A DNA stretch of 64,000 nt from Dreissena polymorpha. Its lineage: Eukaryota. Positions within the stretch are counted from its first letter, which is position 1. Each line of letters starts with the position of its first letter. The translations under genes and the position numbers were made by a program. The stretch is from positions 63,216,738 through 63,280,737 of the forward strand of contig NC_068355.1 in assembly GCF_020536995.1 (NCBI RefSeq), read 5' to 3'. The notes beneath the pieces are model-generated. The model made no database searches, was not told where the DNA came from, and saw nothing but the letters and a program-made list of their open reading frames with translations. This document shows, one piece after another, positions 37,813-49,150 of this stretch.

Positions 37813-37864
37813 CCTGGACAGCGCCAAACACACACAAAGCGATGTAAACAGTCGAAAAATTCAT
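37813..37864 (-). CDS. Trypsin-like serine protease, exon 1: signal peptide MNFSTVYIALCVFGAVQ(G)
   Basis: ATG at 37862-64, a hydrophobic signal peptide, and donor CAGG|GTGGGT. The total CDS over 6 exons is 798 bp (265 aa) with no frame breaks. Confidence 0.65.
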
Positions 37865-38439
37865 CGTACTGCTAGAAGCCCGCAGAAGAGAGATGGAGAA
37901 TGCCTACCGCAGTCAGCTTTTTATATCGACGCGCGACGAAAATTGCGGACCGCGCGTGCTCTTTCAATCGTCAATATTCATTACGGACCATCATAGATAT
38001 TGAGTGTGGCAATAACTGTGGGAAATTTAAAAGTGACACCGTATTATGAAATAAAGAATAGTGTTTTTTGCTTGCGTGAAGAATTATTTTCCTCTTCAAA
38101 GTTTTGATATCAAAATGACGGGTAATATTTTCACCGTGAAGTGAAGTTTAAAACCACTGTGTGTTAAAAGAAGTGCACTTCACCATCCGTCATATACTCA
38201 CTAACGACCATTCAAATAACAATGCGTTTGCTACGATAGCAATCTCATGACATTGCACAACGAGGGAAAAACACAAAAGGGAAGGCCCGCCAAGTAAATT
38301 CCAATTCATATCTGATACAGACGCCCTGCTCCGGGCCAGAAAGTCAACGAAAAGCCAGTTAAATGTTCTGCATGTGAACCAGTGCGCCATATTAAAGAGA
38401 CCTTTACACGTTATGGTTAATCGTCCAAACTAAAAATAT

Positions 38440-38600
38440 CCATTATATGCACCTTTTCACGATTTAGAAACGATTGACTAATTTGGAGAGTTCTGTTGTT
38501 GTCGTTATATTGTGAGACACTACGAGCATTGCTTATATAAAGTACAAAATATAACAATTTCAGTATGGGCACGGATGGCCGAGTGGTCTAGGCGATATAC
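38440..38600 (+). mobile_element. 5' portion of a tRNA-derived SINE-like repeat (box-A-like TGGCCGAGTGGTctAGGCG), truncated by the insertion at 38601
   Basis: 38465-38600 aligns with 48672-48805 (intact copy). No cloverleaf can be folded, so it is not a tRNA gene. Confidence 0.4.
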
Positions 38601-38744
38601 TTTTGTAACGTGTCTACCGTTCCTTCGGGATATATATATAATGGCTTTTCCTCGGGCTTTCCTTAGCCGTGTGATTTGATAAACAAAAAATATAATTTGC
38701 CTCTATACAAGTCTGTTCCGTATGCCCTGTGCGACTTGGATTGC

Positions 38745-38935
38745 TTTGATCACTTGGATTGACTTGGGTCGACTTGGGTCGACTCGGGTTGACTTGGGTT
38801 GACTTGGATCAACTTGGGTTGACTTGGGTTAACTTGGGTTGGCTTGGGTCGACTTGGGTCGACTTGGGTTGGCTTGAGTCGACTTGGGTCGACTTGGGTT
38901 GACTTGGGTCGACTTGGATCACCTAGGGTGTCTTG
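38745..38935. repeat. 10-bp microsatellite (GACTTGGGTY)n, ~19 copies, inside repeat A. Duplicated at 45355-45520 in A'.
   Basis: Direct reading. The minus-strand translation gives the periodic peptide DPSRPKPTQV (ORFs 38750..38950 and 45217..45531), which is a repeat artefact. Confidence 0.85.
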
Positions 38936-39584
38936 GGTAACTTGGGTCACCCCGGGTGTCTTACACCTATTGCAACGAGTCTGCAGTGTCTCCCCTCTGC
39001 GTTACGCAAGGGAGACAATCAATGTCCCCTCTCTGCGTTTATGCAAGGAAGACAAACGGTCAGTGTCTCCCCTCTGCGTTACGCAAGGGAGACAATCAAT
39101 GTCCCCCCTCTGCGTTTATGCAAGGAAGACAATCGGTCTGTGTTGTACAAGCGACAATCAGTAGCTTGACAGACTCAGGCTGACCTACGAGACCTGACAC
39201 GTGCACTAACTGGAATGGAAACCTTTGACCAGGACTTATATACGAGTCTCTAGGCTACCCAGCAAGCTATGGTATGTTGTGCGCCAAGTTGCCAGGGTCA
39301 CCTCCACTCGAAAGTATCCAAAGTCACAGAGATGTCCCTTGCTCAGGCTGACCTAAGAGACCAGAAACGTGCACTGTCTTATACTACCAAAGAAAACCTG
39401 TGACCCGGAGAAAGGTATGAGTCTGTATTGAAGCTACCCAGCAAGCTATGGTGTAGTGCGCAAAGTTGCTTGGGTCACTTCTACTCAAAAGGCATCCAAA
39501 GTCCAAGATAATTTCAATGGTATAAGGTCTCTAATTAATGCAACGTATTTAACGTTGTGAACTGTTCGACGATCGAACGCAGAC

Positions 39585-39810
39585 TGCTCCCTCCCCGTGT
39601 GTGTATTTCAGAGTTTATTTACAGGTCCTACTGGCCTCTTCACGAGGTTATAGTAGCCCGACCTGCCCCTGTGACCTTTCAGGGGAGAAAGATTAATTTA
39701 GAGCCAAAGTAGGTCAAATTTACCCCGGCTTCCCGGGTATTCGCCAAAGAAATAATTTAGATCCAAATAGACCAGTGCACGGTGGCCAATGAGACCTTAA
39801 TGTGCACTGG
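39585..39810. repeat. Repeat C (tgctccctccccgtgtgtgtatttcagagtttatttacaggtcctactggcctcttcacgagg...ggccaatgagaccttaatgtgc). Second copy at 40343-40570 and a partial copy at 46975-47095.
   Basis: The copies are ~90% identical. Both begin with the 12-mer tgctccctcccc, which also precedes B and B'. Confidence 0.6.
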
Positions 39811-41459
39811 TAGTTAGACAATCTCAAAAGACAAATTCATGTCTGAACGCAGCACCGCTGCAGCACACAGCTCCGCCTTTATGGCCCACTTTTTGTCATC
39901 AGCCGTCGTCTTCATCCCCGAGGCGGTTTCCCCAGCGCGTTGAGCGCACTAGGTACCGCCGCCACGGGGTCCCTCTTTAAAGCCACCCCCTCGATGTTCT
40001 TGGGTTCCCTCCTCGCAAGCGCAAGACCCAGGTCCGTCCCGTATGTCCCCCACACTGGTGGTCTTGCTGTCCCGCCGTCCCCGGCCCTCTTCAGACGGGA
40101 CCTCTGGCAGGTCTGGGCCGGCGAACTCTCGACGATAAACAGCGGGTGACAAGTCCGCTGCATCTTGGAGAAGACAGCAATCCCAGCAGTGTAGAAGACG
40201 TCCGGCTCGAGGGTGACGGACTCTGCTGGATTAGCAGAGCCACCCGCAGAAGTTCCCCTCTATAAGGAAATATGTACAGGTGAGAAAATCTTCTGCGGGC
40301 GACTCTCGCCTCGGTCGCGACGCGCACGCTCCAGCAGCTGACCGAGTGATGCTCCCTCCCCGTGTGTGTTTCAGAGTTTATTTACAGGTCCTACTGGCCT
40401 CTTCACGAGGTTACGGTAGCCCGACCTGCCCCTGTGACCTCTCAGGAGAAAAAGATTAATTTTAGAGTCAAAGTAGGTCAAATTTACCCCGGTTTCCCGG
40501 GTATTCGCCAAATACTTTAATTTTTAAAAGAGTTTGTTGCACGTTGGCCAATGAGACCTTAATGTGCTAGCTACCTAAAGGTGGTGATGAGGAGCGGATC
40601 CCGCCGAGTGTCCCGCACATTACTAATGTACCAGACACTCAACGCGATCCACATCCCAACACCACCCGGTACATAGGACCCGGAACACAACCACGTATCG
40701 CTCTCACACCCCCACTCATTACGGGTGGCGCGTATGAGAGCGCCACGCCCGTGCGTTCCGGGTTCCTTGGTGGTGATCTGTGTATGGTTGTGTATAGTGT
40801 GTGGTATGTGATTGTTGTGCATTTGTCTGGAGCGGAAGAGGAGGTGTCTGTCAGTAATTTACGGTCGTCGGTCAGTCGTGAAGGGTTGTATATTGTTGCA
40901 GTTCACAGATCGCAGAACCCGCCGCCCCCACACAAGCGCACCCACGCCGAGCGAGCCCGAGCCCCCCCTCGCGCCCGCATACTGCCCCGGCCCGAGCACC
41001 CAACCGCTGAAGACCCCCGAGACAAGCACCCTCATCCACCCACTTGCTGCGCGCGACAACAAATCAGTCGAGAACCAACCATGGAGCCATCCAAAGCCCT
41101 ATCCAGAGTCACCATCGTTCCTTCACACCCGCCTGCCAAACATCCAGACCATGTATCAAGCTGGGATGTATTAATTTTGCTGTTATGTTGTATTTGCTTT
41201 TATAATTGGATAGGTAAAGTAAATAAATGATCTAAAAACTCTGTTGATATATCATATGATTTATTTATGTTTGATGTTAATTTGTAAAACTCATGGTATT
41301 TTAGATTATGTCCTGTGCTCTAGCTATCATTTACCCAAGTGTGGTTGTTGTGCTCTCCGCCCCATGAGAGGTGTTAGTGGGGGTTCGAGTAGGATACAGG
41401 AAACGCCCCGATTCCAGAGGCGCCCCTGGTTCTTTTAAGTGCCCGGTGTATAGCACCGA

Positions 41460-42545
41460 TACACTGCACCCCCGTTTAACGTCCCTCGCGGAGGACATAT
41501 TAGTACATAGTGTTAGTATTGGTGTTTATATACATGTGTAGTTCTGCTGTTTTGTGCCATAGCTTGCGGTAACGTGGGCTCTCTCTGTTGTTATATGGTA
41601 TGTAGTTTGGATGTTATTGCGTAGGGCAGGCTAGTTTTTGAAAGATCATGTATACGATGATAGAAGAAGGGGACTATGTTTCTTTGATTGGGCCGAGATG
41701 ACTAGTTCGTTGGGGGCAGACAATCTTTTTGTAAATTCTTTCTTATTGATGTGTTAAGTGTCTTGTGAGACTGTGGTGTTGTAAGGGCCAGACTAGTTTT
41801 GATAGGTCATTTATTTGATGAAAGAAGAGAGGGGCTGAGTTTGAGTAAATTTGGTATTAGGGAGAGCGCACACGTTAGTGTTTCTGGTTATACAAGCAAA
41901 GACAGCATTCCTATGTGTTTGTGTAATATGCCAGGTTTAGTATTGTGGTCTGGTCTAGGGCATGTCGAGCTAAGGGCTCGAGCCGGCTACATAGGAGCAT
42001 ATAAAGGTTAGTGTACCAATGAACTGCAAACAGTAATTCTTTTCAGTATTTTTCAAGAGGGACGGCATGTAGCGTCTCTCGCTGAGGACATATTAGTATA
42101 TAGTGTTAGTAATGGTACATATAGAGATCTGCTGCCTTGTGTCATATGTTATAGTAGCTTGGGCACTCTCTGTTGCTTTTTGGGGTAATGGTTGTATGTT
42201 GATTTGAGGGTCAGACTAGATTTTTGCCAGATCATGTATTAGATGATAGAAGAGAGGGACTGATTGTGTGTAAATGGACCAAGATGACTATTTTGTTTTG
42301 TGGGCTTTGACAATTTCGAGATTTTCTTTCTTCTTTCTGAGGTGATTGCCTGTGGCACTGAGGTGTTGTGAGGGCCAGACTTTGTTTTTGATAGATCATT
42401 TATTTGATGATAGAAGAGATGGGCTGTGGTTATGGTAGTTTGGTATTAAGAGAGTGAGCGCTTTACTGGTTCGGGTTATGTATGATATCAAAGGCAGCAG
42501 TTCTATGTGCTATTGTGGCTATTTCAATGGTTAGTAAATAAATGG
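41460..42545. repeat. Two tandem copies of a ~590-bp repeat, each with an internal sub-repeat (gggccagact.gtttttgatag.tcatttatttgatga.agaagag)
   Basis: 41460-42050 aligns with 42060-42545. Confidence 0.6.
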
Positions 42546-44596
42546 ACTGCAATGAGTTAGTCTATCTATACACTGAGAAACAAATATACTAATTATCATC
42601 ACTTTTCTTTTTTTTGGTAATCTTGGGTGGGTCGTGTCGACAGAGCCGCAGTGCGAGGAGGGGGCACCTCACCACCCCAGCCGACACGCTCCATCCAACA
42701 TTTTTTGTTTTTTAATATAATGCATATATAAAATGGTTGTGATATCTACATTTAAAGGGGTTGTACTGAAGGTTTCTCTATTGAGTTACCTGAGTGCGCA
42801 CTTGATGCGGCTTCCGTCTCTGTGCGGAAGTGTAGTGTCTGCGTGCTTACCCCACTACCGTCGTCGTCGGCTGCTGCGTGCTGGGTGCAGCGACAAAAAT
42901 TTAAAATACCGAGGACCAGCACAGGGGGGGGGGGAGGGTCTCGCGGAACCCGGATACTGTTAGCCCGATTTTTTGGTTTACAAAGGGGGGGATTTTATAT
43001 TTGTCCATATCTTTACATAGTGGTTACAGATGTTCGTTTTTATTTTTATCAAGCGCACCTATCCGTCATTGATTCTAGTAGCGTGCCCTTAGCGTTAAGT
43101 TGCGTTTATGTTGTACGGTCGCGGTTGTTAACGAGACAGGCGGCCGATATATTACATGATTTGGTTGACAGTTATATTCGGTACCGTAATCCCTTCCGTC
43201 GTTTTAGTAAGAGAGTGTTGTTGATGTTTTACTGGGTATCTTGTCAGCCCTTGCCCGTCCGTGGCGTCGTCACAGGGCACATACCAGGGGGCCCCACTGA
43301 CACACAGGAGTGACCCGTTGGCTATGCCCTGCGACGAATAACTATAGGTCGGTTGTCATATCCGCGTTATGCTCAGGCCGTGATAGTACCGTAGGTTCAC
43401 TCTGTGCTGGCCCGGGCGAGCAGCCCCAGTGACATACGGAAGTGACCGTCGTCCGTGCCCGCACAGAGGGTTCCCTTATGGCTATAGTCCACGGGCGGGG
43501 TCCGGCAGACAGGGTAGATGTTATGTAGTTACCTAAATGTGTGTTTAGTCCGGCACCAGAACGCGCTTTATTCGCACTTTTGTAAGTTACGCGATTTGTT
43601 TATACGCATATTTTTGTTATTACGGCTAAGCCTAAGGAAGATAGTTTATGCAAGAAGACTCTGGATAGTTAGTATGCCCTACTGTATCGCTTTATTTTAT
43701 AGATTAAGTGCAGGTATGTATCTAGTTTTACCCTTAATTTTGATTTTAATGCGATTTTCCTTATATCTTGCTTATGCAAGGGAGATAATAGAAATACTCA
43801 AAGTTCGTAAAAATAGTCCTTTCCGTGCATATTTATGTTTGTTTTGCAATATATATGGGAATTAAACCTTAAGTTACTATTAGTATGGGGATGGAGAGAT
43901 ATTGTTACGGATATATGATGTCTGTATAATACATTGGGGTAAATCACTGCTCCCTCCCAATAAGAGCAGCGCTTTATATACTGATATATATACCACGTGA
44001 CCCGCTTGCTTAAGACATCACCCTACTATTTCATGTAAACACAACCCTACCGTTTCAAACAGTAATTGTATAATACTGTGGCTATATTATGAAATACATA
44101 TTGTGCATCTTAATAATCGACTTGTATTATTAAATCATCAAATTATGTACATGAAAATACAATGATCAATATTAAATGCACATACTATGCGCGTGGAACT
44201 TACCGAAAAGTGAACGATTTGCGACCGGGAAACGTACTTTCGTTTTGATGTAAACAATATGAATGTACTCAAAGAATAATGAACCTAAAGGATAAAATAC
44301 CGGCCAAAATCGTCACACTACCCACGCCTCCGATTTAAGCGTCCCGCTTACAATACTCTGTCTAAGTGTTAAACAAATACGTCAACGACATCTTTTATTG
44401 ACGAACAAAATACTACTCCCGGTAGTCATGTTAAAAGCAAATGTTATGACAAAACATGATATCTAATGCTAAATGAATGACCAGTATCCTGATGGGATGA
44501 GAAAAACAAACATGAGTGTGACCTGATGAAACAATGAACAAGAAACAGTAACAATAAACTATACAGCTAACTCTAACACTTCTAAATGTGTCTCAG

Positions 44597-45142
44597 TCAT
44601 TTGGCAGTATGCCCCATGGTTATGTGGATATAGAAACCCATCGCGTCATGGCATGTTTCACCGCAGACATTACATTTCATAGGATTGTCGACACAATGGC
44701 AACCCTTGTGTACGAACATCATGGCCTGGTTGCCGAAGGTGATATCGCACACATCGCATTTGTTTACCCTAGGTTCGTCTGTCTGGGTCTGTACGATACA
44801 GCCAAACACCGTGGGGACCTGTCTTCTCATCGACCTATGGCCTGGAGCGGCAGTTTCAAGTGGGCGATCACAGCTGACCTCGTTTCCCATCCAGGAGCTG
44901 CATGCCTGCTCCACGGCCAGATGCGGCTTCTTAGGAGCCATGACTGGTTCTGGCGCCGTCCGTTTCCTGATTATTCTTCCTACGTTAAACTCTATGCAAG
45001 GTTCTTCCTCTACACCAACTTCGGGGTCGCTTTCAATACCAGTGATCTCGGATTCAAGTTTTAGTCTAGCATTTTCTAGCTTGACATGCTCAAGTTCGGC
45101 TCTTATCCTATCCAAGTCGCTTTGTTCTTGATGTGAAGCCAT
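44597..45142 (-). CDS. C2H2 zinc-finger ORF (181 aa from ATG): N-terminal coiled-coil (DLDRIRAELEHVKLENARLKLESE) and two C2H2 fingers (CDVCDITFGNQAMMFVHKGCH; CNVCGETCHDAMGFYIHITMGH)
   Basis: An uninterrupted ORF between B and A' of the composite element. The track start at 45202 is a TTG. The first ATG (MASHQEQ) is at 45140-42. Confidence 0.45.
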   Translation of the reverse strand: MASHQEQSDLDRIRAELEHVKLENARLKLESEITGIESDPEVGVEEEPCIEFNVGRIIRKRTAPEPVMAPKKPHLAVEQACSSWMGNEVSCDRPLETAAPGHRSMRRQVPTVFGCIVQTQTDEPRVNKCDVCDITFGNQAMMFVHKGCHCVDNPMKCNVCGETCHDAMGFYIHITMGHTAK

Positions 45143-46488
45143 CGTGAGGCTGAGTCGGGATGCTTTAAAGGTCGTCCCAATATATCCCACCGCTGCCACC
45201 AATTTTTGTAACGTGTCTACCGTTCCTTCGGGATATATATATATATATAATGGCTTTTCCTCGGGCTTTCCTTAGCCGTGTGATTTGATAAACAAATAAT
45301 ATAATTTGCCTCTATACAAGTCGGTTCCGTATGCCCTGTGCGACTTGGATTGCTTTGATCACTTGGGTTGACTTGGGTCGACTCGGGTTGACTTGGGTTG
45401 ACTTGGATCAACTTGGGTTGACTTGGGTTAACTTGGGTTGGCTTGGGTCGACTTGGGTCGACTTTGGTTGGCTTGAGTCGACTTGGGTCGACTTGGGTTG
45501 ACTTGGATCGACTTGGGTCGACTTGGATCACCTAGGGTGTCTTGGGTGACTTGGGTCACCCCGGGTGTCTTACACCTATTGCAACGAGTCTGCAGTGTCT
45601 CCCCTCTGCGTTACGCAAGGGAGACAATCAATGTCCCCCGTCTGCGTTTATGCAAGGAAGACAATCGGTCTGTGTTGTACAAGCAACAATCAGTAGCTTG
45701 ACAGACTCAGGCTGACCTACGAGACCTGACACGTGCACTAACTGGAATGGAAACCTTTGACCCGGACTTATATACGAGTCTCTAGGCTACCGATCAAGCT
45801 ATGGTATGTTGTGCGCAAAGTTGCCAGGGTCACCTCCACTCGAAAGTATCCAAAGTCACAGAGATGTCCCTTGCTCAGGCTGACCTAAGAGACCAGAAAC
45901 GTGCACTGTCTTATATTACCAAAGAAAACCTGTGACCCGGACAAAGGTATGAGTCTCTATTGAAGCTACCCAGCAAGCTATGGTGTAGTGCGCAAAGTTG
46001 CTTGGGTCACTTCTACTCAAAAGGCATCCAAAGTCCCAGATAATTTCAATGGTATAAGGTCTCTAATTAATGCAACGTATTTAACGTTGTGAACTGTTCG
46101 ACGATCGAACGCAGAATGCTCCCTCCCCATAAGAGCAGCGCTTTATATACTGATATATATACCACATGACCCGCTTGCTAAAGACATCACCCTACTATTT
46201 CATGTAAACACAACCCTACCGTTTCAAACAGTAATTGTATAATACTGTGGCTATATTATGAAATACATATTGTGCATCTTAATAACCGACTTGTATTATT
46301 AAATCATCAAATTATGTACATGAAAATACAATGATCAATCTTAAATGCACATACTATGTGCGTGGAACTTACCGAAAAGTGAACGATTTGCCAACGGGAA
46401 ACGTACTTTCGTTTTGATGTAAACAATATGAATGTACTCAAAGAATAATGAACCTAAAGGATAAAATACCGGCCAAAATCGTCACACT

Positions 46489-46560
46489 TTTACTCCAGGG
46501 GTCAGTGGTTCTTAAATTGTATTATTGTTTTTCGGCGTTACTGTTTACGTCAGCTTTTCA
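46489..46560 (+). mobile_element. 3' portion of the split SINE-like repeat (tttactccaggggtcagtggttc..)
   Basis: It matches 48817-48860 of the intact copy, which carries a box-B-like GGTTCGAGCCC. Confidence 0.35.
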
Positions 46561-48669
46561 CCTTACCTGACCTTTGTAACTGTAAAATAAAATTCAAATA
46601 AAATTTCCTGCGGCTAGGTCAGAATGAATACACTTCATTTATTCCATAGGCTGATTTGAGCAAACGACCAGAACATTGGAAACATGTCCGCGTCTTTGTA
46701 ACACTGTTTTACTGCGTGTTCAGCATGAAACAATTTTATCTCTAATGAAAAGGCTTAATAGATAGAACAGATTTACACTCAATCTCGACATCAATACAGT
46801 TTGTGCGTGCACCTTTTATTTTCAGAGGATTGCCAGCGCGAGAACGTTTGTACTTAAAGGCTATGTTCTCATATTTAGTACAAACTTCCATATTCCTGTC
46901 AACATGACAACATGTAAAAGTATAAAGAGCAGTGGAAGCGAGGCCTCACTTTAATGCATTGCATTTCAACCCGCGAGGTATCGGGTCAATTCGCGGCCAG
47001 TGTGTGTGAATGTCAGAGTTTATATACAGGTCATCGCTGCGTCTTCACGACTACCTTATGTGCTGACCGGAGTTCGCGGCCAGTAAAATAATTGTTATAA
47101 AGTAAAGACGCTAAAGCGTGAACTAGGTGAACTGGAATTTTCTTTAGACCAGAAAGATGTTAAAAATGAAGATATCCAGCGATATAATTATGGTATGTCA
47201 ATAATTGATTCTTAATGTGTTTTCAACAATACCGTGATAAATATTATTTTTAATTAATTTAACAAGAATAAGTCCACCATATTGACTAATGTATTAAGCA
47301 TGAGCGCGATGATTCTCGATACTGTTAATAATCGAACCAAATAGCAATGTCAGACACACCACTAAAACAGTTTTGTTCGAAGAACGCGCGTATAAATATT
47401 AAAAATATGTACGGATACTTCGCGTGTGGCCGGTTGACTCGTATGCTTTAATTTCACTTCCATTCTTCTTTTTGTTTTCTTTTTTGTATCTATAGTAGGT
47501 TTATGACCAGCAATATGTAATAATGTAAAATAAGCCGCGAAAACTCCGCGTAACATCCCGTACTGCGTGTGATGCAGCTAAGAACTGCACAGAAAAAGAC
47601 ATTCGCTATCCTTGATCTCATTCATTGAACTTTTTACCTTTCAAAAACTCCAACCACAATCAACGCCGTATATCTTTTAAAAAGATATTTCTTGTTACTA
47701 GATCTTTTTATATCCAATGTTTACATCAATCAATATAACGCATTTAATGAAAAACTTCTATACATGCCAAATTCTGTGAAAAAGTCCCTTTAATGAACCT
47801 GCAAAGTAATAACCTTTCGTGGATCCATACACATGTTGTAGAAGATGAATAGCACTAACTATATCATTGCCCATTAAAGCGTCACTTATGAAAATTTGTC
47901 AGATGATGAAAAATTACTTGCGACGTTTAAAAATGATAATGACGTATATGTTGCTGCCAAAACCTGCTTTAAGATTTTATATAAACGCAAACAATTTTTA
48001 TACTCTAGGACATAACCATATTTTTACTGTATATATGTATATACAGAGTCTTAGTTAGAATATCTTTTTGTATGTTTTAATGGTAAAAATGTTTTTAATT
48101 AGAATGAAAACTTGGCTTTTATAAATGTTTTAGTCATGTTAAATGTAAAGTGTTTTTTTTAAATGCACAGTCTCTAAAAAGGCATTTATGACTGGTTACA
48201 TTCATGTCATTGTGATATATTTTATATGTAAATTGTAGTATGAACATGCAATGTGATTGAGACTTAAATAAAATATCTGAATTGAATTGAATTGCTATAT
48301 AAGTCGTTCTGATCGTCCACTGCTGAAGCCGAGTACTAGAGTAAAAATTGCTTTTTGAAAACAGTTTTGTTTTTCAAATTACATCACATGGGCACCAAAG
48401 TTTTTATGTTTTCCTTGAGTGATATGGGGACAGTCAAGGCCCTTTGTTTTCGTGCGTGTGTTCGAATTCGAATTGATTGTGCATTAAATGGGCATTTTCA
48501 CGATTTGGTAAATTTACAAACTTTAAACAAATTGTTTCAGATTCGCAAATTTTCGTTTCAGTTATGATATTTGTGAGGAAACAATAGTACTTAACATTTA
48601 CCATGCTCTAAAATATCAATTATGTGCATCGTTTGACTATTTAAGAACCTCAAAATTATAAAGCGTTTC

Positions 48670-48990
48670 ATCGCGAAACGATTAAATGATTTTGAGAGTT
48701 CTTTTGTTGTCGTTATATTCTGGGATTATACTACGAGGATTGCTTATATAAACTTTAAAATACATCAGTTATGTTATGAGCATGGTTGGCCGAGCGGTAT
48801 ACGTGAAAGACATTTTACTCCAGGGGTGAGCGGTTCGAGCCCTGTGAGGGTTATTTTTCTTTCTTTAATGTTATTCTTATTTTTTACTGGAGCTTTTTAG
48901 ATCTAATGTTTACATTTATCAATAAAAAGCATTTAATGACAAACTTCAATACATGCTAAAATCTGTGAAAAGGACCCTTTAAGTGTTTGT
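48670..48990 (+). mobile_element. Intact copy of the tRNA-derived SINE-like repeat (box A TGGCCGAGCGGT, box B GGTTCGAGCCC, AT-rich tail)
   Basis: Homologous to 38465-38600 plus 46489-46560. Its tail region is also found at 47690-47800. It lacks an acceptor-stem or anticodon-arm fold, so it is not a tRNA gene. Confidence 0.45.
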
Positions 48991-49150
48991 TTTATGATAA
49001 TTCTTGTGATTATCATATTGTTCAGTCAGAGCTTCTCTGTGATAATTACTATGCATTAAATATGTTTAATGGTCCAAATCTTGTTATGATTATATTGCTC
49101 AGTCAGAGCTGTGTGATAATTACAATCCTCAAGAAGAGCATTTATGTGAT

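Larger units (their letters stand above)
38601..46488. mobile_element. ~7.9-kb composite unclassified repeat insertion splitting the SINE-like element. Layout: A (38601-39596) / C / GC-rich core / C' / 2 x 590-bp tandem / B (43960-44319) / ZnF ORF / A' (45204-46128) / B' (46129-46488)
   Basis: A and A' are ~93% identical ~1-kb direct repeats. B and B' are 360-bp direct repeats. The flanks 38565-38600 and 46489-46560 match one contiguous SINE-like copy at 48770-48890, apart from an apparent ~10-bp target deletion. Confidence 0.45.

Noticed and set aside
38565-38600. tRNA gene (box A TGGCCGAGTGGTCTAGGCG, tRNA-Ser/Leu-like); also 48784-48860
   Set aside because: No acceptor stem, anticodon arm or T arm can be folded. 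Both copies belong to a repeated SINE-like family with a conserved 100 bp upstream.
38750-39183. ORFs translating the (GACTTGGGTY)n microsatellite (DPSRPKPTQV repeats) and the adjacent 60-bp hairpin repeats; the same at 45217..45701
   Set aside because: They are periodic artefacts of a 10-bp microsatellite, duplicated in repeats A and A'.
39912-43313. GC-rich ORFs (39912..40163, 40751..41230, 40812..41174, 42822..43313)
   Set aside because: They are low-complexity Pro/Arg/Ser/Gly-rich translations overlapping on both strands in a CpG-rich segment. No motifs were found. The region is noted as a compositional anomaly instead.
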